Source of the DNA: an uncultured Clostridia bacterium
GTDB lineage: Bacteria; Bacillota; Clostridia; Christensenellales; CAG-917
DNA length: 64,000 nucleotides
NCBI GenBank assembly: GCA_947589475.1
Contig: CANQBO010000010.1
Location: forward strand, 3,618 to 67,617
Reading direction: 5' to 3'
Shown: piece by piece, positions 57,787 to 64,000 of the stretch
How positions within the stretch are numbered: position 1 is the stretch's first letter
Layout of the letters: the number at the start of each line of letters is the position of its first letter
Position numbers and translations under genes: made by a program
Notes under the pieces: model-generated
Told to the model about the DNA's origin: nothing
What the model saw: only the letters and a program-made list of their open reading frames with translations
The model's database searches: none

Positions 57787-59577
57787 ATGTTCATCACAAA
57801 CGACATCAAATACGTCGGCGTAAACGACCGCGACATCGATCTTTTCGAGGGGCAATATGTCGTCGAAAACGGCATGGCATACAACTCCTATGTCATCGTA
57901 GACAAGAAGATCGCGGTGTTTGACACGGTAGACAGGCGCTTCGGCGACAAGTGGCTTGCAAACATCAAGGGCGCGCTGGGTGCAAAGGCGCCCGATTATC
58001 TTATTGTTCAGCACATGGAGCCGGACCATTCGGCGAATATCGCGCTGTTTATGGCGAAATATCCGACTGCGACAATAGTTTCGTCCGCAAAGGCGTTCAA
58101 GATGATGGGACAATTTTTCGGCACGGAGTTCGAGAGCCGCCGCATAGTCGTCGGCGAGGGCGACACTCTATCCCTCGGCGAGCACGAGCTTACGTTTGTG
58201 ACCGCGCCCATGGTGCACTGGCCGGAAGTCATCGTCACCTATGACAGCAGGGACAAGGTGCTGTTTTCGGCAGATGGGTTCGGAAAATTCGGCGCTTTGG
58301 ACGCGGACGAGGATTGGGCTTGCGAGGCGAGAAGATACTATATCGGCATAGTCGGCAAGTATGGCGCGCAGGTGCAGGCGCTCTTGAAAAAGGCGGCAGG
58401 TCTGGACATCCGGATCATCTGCCCTCTTCACGGCCCCGTGCTCAGCGAAAACCTCGGCTACTACCTCAACCTCTACAACATCTGGTCGTCCTACGGCGTA
58501 GAGTCGGACGGCATAATGATCGCCTACACCTCCGTGTACGGACACACCAAAGCGGCGGTCGAGAAACTTGCCGGGAAATTGAAGGAAAAGGGCTGTCCCA
58601 AAGTCGTCGTAACCGACCTCGCGCGCGAGGATATGGCGGAAGCCGTCGAGGACGCCTTCAGATATGGCAAACTCGTGCTTGCGACAACGACTTACAATGC
58701 GGAGATATTCCCCTTTATGCGCGAGTTCATCAACCACCTTACGGAGCGCAACTTCCAAAACAGGCACATCGCTTTCATCGAAAACGGAAGCTGGGCGCCC
58801 ATGGCTACGCGCGTCATGAAGGGCTTGCTTGAGGGTTGCAAAAACTTGACATATGCGGAGCACAACGTACGCATACTCTCCGCCCTCAACGCCGAGAGCG
58901 AGGCACAACTCGAAGACCTTGCGACGGAGCTTTGCTGCGACTATATCGCAAGAGGCGCGGACGCGGACAAGTTCGATCTGAAGGCGCTGTTCAACATCGG
59001 ATACGGGCTGTATGTCGTCACCTCCCGCGACGGCGCAAAGGACAACGGTCTCATCGTCAACACCGTCACGCAACTCACAAATACGCCAAACCGTATAGGC
59101 GTCACCATCAACAAGGCCAACCTCTCACACGACATCATCAAAAAGACGGGACTTCTCAACGTCAACTGCCTCTCCGTCGAGGCACCCTTCAAAGTTTTTG
59201 AGAATTTCGGCTTCAGAAGCGGCAGAGACTGCAACAAGTTTGCGGACTGCGAAGAGATACTGCGCTCCGACAACGGACTCATCTTCCTGCCCCGCTACAT
59301 CAACTCATTCATGTCCCTCAAGGTGGAAAGCACCGTCGACCTCGACACGCACACCATGTTTGTGTGCACCGTCACGGAGTCGCGCGTCATCTCCCCCGTC
59401 GAAACGATGACCTACAACTATTATCAGCAAAACGTCAAACCGCGCCCCAAGACCGAAAACAAGAAGGGCTGGGTGTGCAAAGTTTGCGGCTACGTCTACG
59501 AGGGAGACGAACTCCCCGAGGACTTCGTCTGCCCGCTGTGCAAGCACGGCGCAAGCGACTTTGAGAGGATACAATAA
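57787..59577 (+). CDS. Multidomain flavodiiron protein: metallo-beta-lactamase-like diiron, flavodoxin-like, flavin-reductase-like and rubredoxin modules
   Basis: 596 aa from ATG 57787. Diiron motif HMEPDH. Flavodoxin-like IMIAYTSVYGHTKA. Flavin-reductase-like GLYVVTSRDGAKDNGLIVNTVTQ. C-terminal rubredoxin WVCKVCGYVYEGDELPEDFVCPLCKHG. The track start at 57550 is an upstream extension. Confidence 0.88.
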   Translation: MFITNDIKYVGVNDRDIDLFEGQYVVENGMAYNSYVIVDKKIAVFDTVDRRFGDKWLANIKGALGAKAPDYLIVQHMEPDHSANIALFMAKYPTATIVSSAKAFKMMGQFFGTEFESRRIVVGEGDTLSLGEHELTFVTAPMVHWPEVIVTYDSRDKVLFSADGFGKFGALDADEDWACEARRYYIGIVGKYGAQVQALLKKAAGLDIRIICPLHGPVLSENLGYYLNLYNIWSSYGVESDGIMIAYTSVYGHTKAAVEKLAGKLKEKGCPKVVVTDLAREDMAEAVEDAFRYGKLVLATTTYNAEIFPFMREFINHLTERNFQNRHIAFIENGSWAPMATRVMKGLLEGCKNLTYAEHNVRILSALNAESEAQLEDLATELCCDYIARGADADKFDLKALFNIGYGLYVVTSRDGAKDNGLIVNTVTQLTNTPNRIGVTINKANLSHDIIKKTGLLNVNCLSVEAPFKVFENFGFRSGRDCNKFADCEEILRSDNGLIFLPRYINSFMSLKVESTVDLDTHTMFVCTVTESRVISPVETMTYNYYQQNVKPRPKTENKKGWVCKVCGYVYEGDELPEDFVCPLCKHGASDFERIQ

Positions 59578-59637
59578 AACATAAACTCACGTCGCAATAA
59601 AAGCGGCGACAACTTTTAAACTTCAATAAAAATTATA

Positions 59638-59671
59638 GAAAAAGCGACTCGGATTTTCCGAGCCGCTTTTG
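59638..59671. terminator. Bidirectional terminator between convergent genes
   Basis: GAAAAA-GCGACTCGGA-TTT-TCCGAGCCGC-TTTTG (one mismatch in the stem). Confidence 0.65.
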
Positions 59672-59682
59672 TCTTATTTGGT

Positions 59683-61125
59683 TCATATGTCCAATGCGAT
59701 TTTTATTGCGGGAACAACGCCGCCTTCATGAACGCTATCCACAGTCGTGGTCGGGTTCTTTGAGCCTCTTACGCTGATGGCTATGACATCGAGTCCGCCG
59801 CCCGCTTTAGTTCCCGGCGATCTCAGCCACCAACAAGACCACTTTGCGGTTTTCTTTATACCCTGCGACTGACAGTAGTCGGTAGGCACGAGCCGTTTTG
59901 CGGTGTCGTCCTCATATATATCTTCGACAAAACCGTATGCGGGGTTTATAACATCTTGATAACTCAGCAAAAACACCTTATCCTGCGTATTTTCGCAGAC
60001 ATATGTTGCGTCCGATGAGGAAGCCGCGCTGTTGTCCACCGTCGTCTCAATTATCAAACTTTGATCAAGCTCGTCAAATGCCGCCTCATAAAAAGTGCCC
60101 GTGAGCCATGCCCTTATATCGCTCTCCTTGTAGTTGTTTGGATGCACCGTCCCGCCGCTCAGATCCCTATCGCTCTGATCTTTGTAAAAATGCTGTGCGT
60201 CCAATATAACGTTGCTCATGAGGAAAGCCTTGCCGTCCTTCTTTTCAAGAACTTTCCACTCTATAGGCTCCCACTTGAACCAATATTGCTCGTTTATGAG
60301 ATAACCGTTGTCTTTCTGATGCATCTGAGTATTATTGTTTTCCCTCATTGTCTTGTACGCCCTGTAGGATGTGAAGTACACGCCTCTGTATCGGGCGCCC
60401 TGATACTCTAGGTCTATATACCACATGAACTCGTCCACATTGCCGTTGATGTAATACTTGCAATCTGTCCACTTGCCCGCATTTCCCTTCACGGGATTCG
60501 CTCCCGCCATGACGTTGAGTTCATGAATGACGCCGTTGTCCGTTTCCTTGCTCTGCGGATATTCGCCGAAATAAATTTTGCCGTCCTCTTCGACATACGG
60601 CTTATCTATACCGCAAACATCGCACTTGTTTTGCGCGTTCCATTTGTGTTGACCAAATGCGCCGTAGTCCTCTTCCTCCATTTTATGCCCACAGGAGGAG
60701 CACTCTTTATGATGATGAGCTTTGCTCTTGCAAGTCGCCGCACTGTCCTCGATCCACTCGTCGGCAAGCGTATGAGAGGCAAGATCCAATTTCTCATTGC
60801 AATTGTTGCACTTGTGCCAATGCGAAGTCCCGTCGCTCTCCCAAGAGGTCGCTACTTTGTTATGTCCCGTCGAAACAACGACGGTTTTCGACAGATCTAT
60901 CTCGTTTTTGTCTTTGTCAAAATACTTGCCGCAAGAGCAGGAGTAATATTGAATGTTTCCATTGTCTGTGCATGTAGGGGCTTTCGCCTCGACAAGCGTG
61001 TAAGTATGCTCATGCTGTTGCGTTTTAGAGCCTCCGCCGTCACATGCCGCGAGCACTGTCATCAAAGCCGCAAGCAATATGACAAACAAAAGCAAAAACA
61101 TCGATTTGTCGATCTTTCTTTTCAT
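59683..61125 (-). CDS. Secreted lipoprotein with Cys/His-rich modules and a DUF6273-like C-terminal domain
   Basis: 480 aa. Lipobox LMTVLAAC-DGGGS. Modules APTCTDNGNIQYYSCSCGKYF, HWHKCNNCNEKL and ATCKSKAHHHKECSSCGH. The C-terminal part carries the WWLRSPG motif; DUF6273 is assigned from memory. Confidence 0.8.
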   Translation of the reverse strand: MKRKIDKSMFLLLFVILLAALMTVLAACDGGGSKTQQHEHTYTLVEAKAPTCTDNGNIQYYSCSCGKYFDKDKNEIDLSKTVVVSTGHNKVATSWESDGTSHWHKCNNCNEKLDLASHTLADEWIEDSAATCKSKAHHHKECSSCGHKMEEEDYGAFGQHKWNAQNKCDVCGIDKPYVEEDGKIYFGEYPQSKETDNGVIHELNVMAGANPVKGNAGKWTDCKYYINGNVDEFMWYIDLEYQGARYRGVYFTSYRAYKTMRENNNTQMHQKDNGYLINEQYWFKWEPIEWKVLEKKDGKAFLMSNVILDAQHFYKDQSDRDLSGGTVHPNNYKESDIRAWLTGTFYEAAFDELDQSLIIETTVDNSAASSSDATYVCENTQDKVFLLSYQDVINPAYGFVEDIYEDDTAKRLVPTDYCQSQGIKKTAKWSCWWLRSPGTKAGGGLDVIAISVRGSKNPTTTVDSVHEGGVVPAIKIALDI

Positions 61126-61160
61126 TGTTTGTATCTCTCCTTTTTTTATTATTGATTATT

Positions 61161-61180
61161 ATAGTCATAATTATGACTAT
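61161..61180. promoter_or_regulatory. Perfect 20-bp palindrome in a divergent promoter region (candidate XRE operator)
   Basis: ATAGTCATAATTATGACTAT, located between the lipoprotein start (61125) and the XRE start (61215). Confidence 0.4.
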
Positions 61181-61214
61181 TGTCAATATAATAACTATAA
61201 ATGATAATTGAAGT

Positions 61215-61439
61215 ATGATATCATTCGCTCCGTTTTGGCGGACTATCAAGGAAAGGCATGTTTCCACATATGCGCTCATAAATAAGCACGGGATAAGCAG
61301 CGCCACGATAGACCGTCTGCGTAAAAATGAAGGAATAAGCACGTCCAAAATCGACGACTTATGCAAGATCCTCGACTGCAAAGTCGAGGACATCATTTGT
61401 TATGTTCCCGACGAAAACCCAAAAATCAAACGGGCTTGA
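61215..61439 (+). CDS. XRE-family helix-turn-helix transcriptional regulator
   Basis: 74 aa. STYALINKHGISSATIDRLRKNEGISTSKIDDLCKILDCKVEDII is a typical short Cro/C1-type HTH. Confidence 0.8.
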   Translation: MISFAPFWRTIKERHVSTYALINKHGISSATIDRLRKNEGISTSKIDDLCKILDCKVEDIICYVPDENPKIKRA

Positions 61440-61466
61440 GTACCCGCTCAAGCCTTTTCATTTTTA
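61433..61466 (+). terminator. Rho-independent terminator overlapping the XRE stop codon
   Basis: GGCTTGAG-TACCCG-CTCAAGCC-TTTTCATTTTT. Confidence 0.65.
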
Positions 61467-61496
61467 TATCCGCATTCCATATTTTTTGCCCCATAT

Positions 61497-62279
61497 CTAC
61501 ATTTGAACGCCGAAGAGCGGGAGCAAGGTCACGGCGATGCCAAGCAGGAGGGTGTAGACGGCAAACGGGAGCAAACTGTGATTTTTTACGAGCTTTAAAA
61601 AGAAGGTTATTGCGGCGAGTCCCGACAAAAACGCCGCCGCTACGCCTACGAGCATGGGGATCGGACCTATGTCGAGGGTCACGCCTCCCCTCAAAATGTC
61701 CGCACCTTCCATGAGCGCGGAGCCTACTATTATGGGCACGGACAACAAAAACGAGAAGTCCGCCGCCTCGCTCCTGCCCACTCCGCATAGAGTCATCGCG
61801 GACACCGTAGCGCCGCTTCGCGATACGCCCGGCAAAACGGCTATTCCCTGCAAAACGCCTGTTAAAATGCTTATTTTGGGTGTAAGAAGTGCCGTTTTTG
61901 TCGATTTGAGCTTTTCGCCCGCAAACAGCAGACATGCCGTAAGCACAAACCCGAAACCCAAAAGTTTGCCATCCAAAAGAGCGGGCGCGGCGAATTTAAA
62001 TACGAGCGCAATGAGGATCGTCGGCACGCAAGCCAATAAAATATAGCCCGTCGTCTTTTGCAGAGGGTGCCGCGCCAACTCCCATATCCGCTTGCGCATC
62101 GCGATGAGCACCGCGACAAGCGTGCCGACGTGTACCGCTATGTTGAAAGGCAGGCTCTCTATACCTATCCCCGACTTTTCAAGCAACAGCAGGTGTCCCG
62201 ACGACGATATGGGCAAAAACTCGCTCGCCCCCTGCACTATCCCCAGTATCAACGCCTCCCACCATGTCATAAGCCGCAT
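61497..62279 (-). CDS. uppP: Undecaprenyl-diphosphate phosphatase
   Basis: 260 aa, multi-TM. Signature LGIVQGASEFLPISSSGHLLL and PGVSRSGATV. Confidence 0.9.
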   Translation of the reverse strand: MRLMTWWEALILGIVQGASEFLPISSSGHLLLLEKSGIGIESLPFNIAVHVGTLVAVLIAMRKRIWELARHPLQKTTGYILLACVPTILIALVFKFAAPALLDGKLLGFGFVLTACLLFAGEKLKSTKTALLTPKISILTGVLQGIAVLPGVSRSGATVSAMTLCGVGRSEAADFSFLLSVPIIVGSALMEGADILRGGVTLDIGPIPMLVGVAAAFLSGLAAITFFLKLVKNHSLLPFAVYTLLLGIAVTLLPLFGVQM

Positions 62280-62378
62280 AAAAGCGAATTTTCCGCTTTA
62301 CTATTCTCCTCGATTTGTTTATAATACCAAATAGATATTCTCACTTTCGCGCTTTTAGACCAAAAGCAAAGGAGCATT

Positions 62379-63461
62379 ATGAAACTCGGAGTTGTCGGAT
62401 TGCCGAATGTAGGCAAAAGCACGCTGTTCAACGCGATAACAAAGGCGGGAGCGCAGGCGGCAAATTATCCTTTCTGCACAATAGAACCCAACGTAGGCGT
62501 AGTCGCCGTCCCCGACGAGAGGCTTGAAAAGCTCGCCGCCCTGTACGACAGCAAAAAAATAACCTATACTACGCTTGAATTTGTGGACATAGCGGGGCTT
62601 GTCAAGGGCGCAAGCCGCGGCGAAGGCCTCGGCAACAAATTTCTGTCCCACATACGCGAGGTGGACGCAATCGTGCACGTCGTACGCTGTTTCGACGACG
62701 AAAATATCACGCACGTGGACGGAAGCGTGAATCCCGCCCGCGACATCGAAACTATAGATCTGGAGCTTATCTTCGCGGACCTCGAAACCCTCGACAGGCG
62801 TATGACAAAAGCGCTCAGCATGGTCAAAGCGGACAAAAAATATCAAGAGGACATCGACCGCCTGAACATAATGAAACAATGCCTCGAAGCGGGCAAGCGG
62901 TTGAGCACCCTAAAAGTGGACGAGGATTTCAAGGCGTTCATCGACGCGCAATTTTTGCTCACGTCAAAACCCGTCATCTATGTCGCCAACACGGACGAGG
63001 CGGGAATAGCGGGCAACGCCTATACCGCCGAAGTACAGCGTATCGCCGCCGCCGAGGGAAGCGAAGCGATCGTGCTGTGCGCTAAGCTCGAAGAGGACCT
63101 ATCCTCTCTCGCAGACGACGAGCGCGCTATGTTTATGGAAGAATACGGCCTTTCGGAGAGCGGCCTCGACCGCCTTGTCAAGGCGTCCTACAAATTGCTC
63201 GGACTCATAAGCTATCTCACCGCGGGCGAAAAGGAAACGCGCGCCTGGACTATAGTCAAGGGTACAAAAGCCCCCGAAGCCGCGGGAAAGATACACAGCG
63301 ACTTCGAGCGCGGCTTCATTCGCGCCGAGATCGTCGACTACGACACCCTGCTGGAGTGCGGCTCCTTCAACGCCGCCAAAGATAAAGGCAAAGTCCGTAG
63401 CGAAGGCAAAGACTACGTCATGCAGGAAGGCGACGTCGTCCTCTTCCGCATAAACGTGTAA
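62379..63461 (+). CDS. ychF: Redox-regulated Obg-family ATPase YchF
   Basis: 360 aa. [22 protein letters not shown]-loop, a TGS-like C-terminus, and [10 protein letters not shown]. Confidence 0.95.
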   Translation: MKLGVVGLPNVGKSTLFNAITKAGAQAANYPFCTIEPNVGVVAVPDERLEKLAALYDSKKITYTTLEFVDIAGLVKGASRGEGLGNKFLSHIREVDAIVHVVRCFDDENITHVDGSVNPARDIETIDLELIFADLETLDRRMTKALSMVKADKKYQEDIDRLNIMKQCLEAGKRLSTLKVDEDFKAFIDAQFLLTSKPVIYVANTDEAGIAGNAYTAEVQRIAAAEGSEAIVLCAKLEEDLSSLADDERAMFMEEYGLSESGLDRLVKASYKLLGLISYLTAGEKETRAWTIVKGTKAPEAAGKIHSDFERGFIRAEIVDYDTLLECGSFNAAKDKGKVRSEGKDYVMQEGDVVLFRINV

Positions 63462-63674
63462 TGATACACGTGGGGCACTGCCCTACACCCGCTTGCATTT
63501 GCTCAGGGCTTGGCACCATTACGAAGTAAGGTGCCTAAAAGCCCACCGCAAGTTGCTACGCCACTCCGCGCTTAATTACTCCGCAAAATCACTGCGTAAT
63601 TTCGCGGGGACCCCGAAAAAGCTCGGGCATACGTTTCGTTTATTAACGCGTCGCAATTCTGCATTTGACAAGAA

Positions 63675-63716
63675 GCGAGCCATAGCAGACAAAATGCGCA
63701 TGGCTCGCTATTTTTT
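63675..63716 (+). terminator. Rho-independent terminator downstream of ychF
   Basis: GCGAGCCAT-(16 nt)-ATGGCTCGC-TATTTTTT. A second small hairpin GCGGGC-TAC-GCCCGC-TTTTT follows at ~63729..63748. Confidence 0.65.
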
Positions 63717-63849
63717 GCGCTTGGGAATGCGGGCTACGCCCGCTTTTTCTAATCAGCACACGTGTGTTTTTAGACTGTGTGTATGGTATGAACTCCTGCG
63801 TGAAAGCTTGATAAAAAACAATTTTTTGAAAATACAACTGTTTTGATAA

Positions 63850-64000
63850 TTATTTTTGACTTCGCTTTTTCTCTTTCACCGCTAATGTGGTTTCTGTAAT
63901 AAGCATCGGAAGTGCGCCGAGAACAACTATGGACGCTATCAAATAACCGATAAACCCGATTTTCACGTCCAAAATATACTTGCATATCAACAATATGCTC
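63850..64000 (-). CDS. 3' end of a membrane-protein gene entering from the right edge
   Basis: Not in the track. My translation of the - strand gives ...SILLICKYILDVKIGFIGYLIASIVVLGALPMLITETTLAVKEKKRSQK-stop (stop = 63852..63850). Only 50 codons are visible. Confidence 0.4.
   Translation of the reverse strand, partial: SILLICKYILDVKIGFIGYLIASIVVLGALPMLITETTLAVKEKKRSQK

Noticed and set aside
63462-63674. Possible small gene or tRNA in the 210-nt stretch between the ychF stop and its terminator
   Set aside because: There is no cloverleaf-compatible sequence (no GTTCRANYC T-loop) and no ORF with an RBS. It contains REP-like hairpin words, so I treat it as a 3' UTR or intergenic repeat region.

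Overview
This 64-kb window comes from a moderately GC-rich, Gram-positive-type chromosome, probably Bacillota/Clostridia-like. That call rests on GGAGG-type RBSs, sigma-A-like promoters and the protein families present; GC was judged by eye, not computed. I saw no rRNA, tRNA, CRISPR array, transposase or integrase. Cell-surface genes dominate. (1) A left-edge secreted M60-like (enhancin-type) peptidase of more than 1,700 aa lies at 1..5126 on the - strand; it is absent from the ORF track because it has no in-window stop. (2) A single 23.65-kb ORF (14966..38620, -) encodes a 7,884-aa protein with BspA-type LRRs and roughly 50-55 MBG-like repeats. A 1,233-aa extremely acidic repeat protein (11204..14905, -) follows 60 nt downstream. 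The giant gene is preceded by about 950 bp of non-coding DNA, in which a G10 tract fills the spacer of a near-consensus promoter; this is a candidate phase-variation switch and my top finding. The second notable module is an nrdD with NrdR boxes, fused to a glutaredoxin-like domain, next to a TrxR-family flavoprotein that lacks the NADPH motifs; no nrdG is nearby. The rest comprises a TldD/PmbA pair, two XRE regulators with palindromic operators, two TerB-like paralogues, HAD hydrolases, a MATE exporter and a tight ktrB-ktrA-orf-kdpD-kdpE operon without kdpFABC. It also includes a four-module flavodiiron protein, a Cys-rich lipoprotein, uppP and ychF. Many long ORFs in the supplied track are antisense shadows of real genes. 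All family calls come from motif recognition by eye and need HMM or BLAST confirmation.
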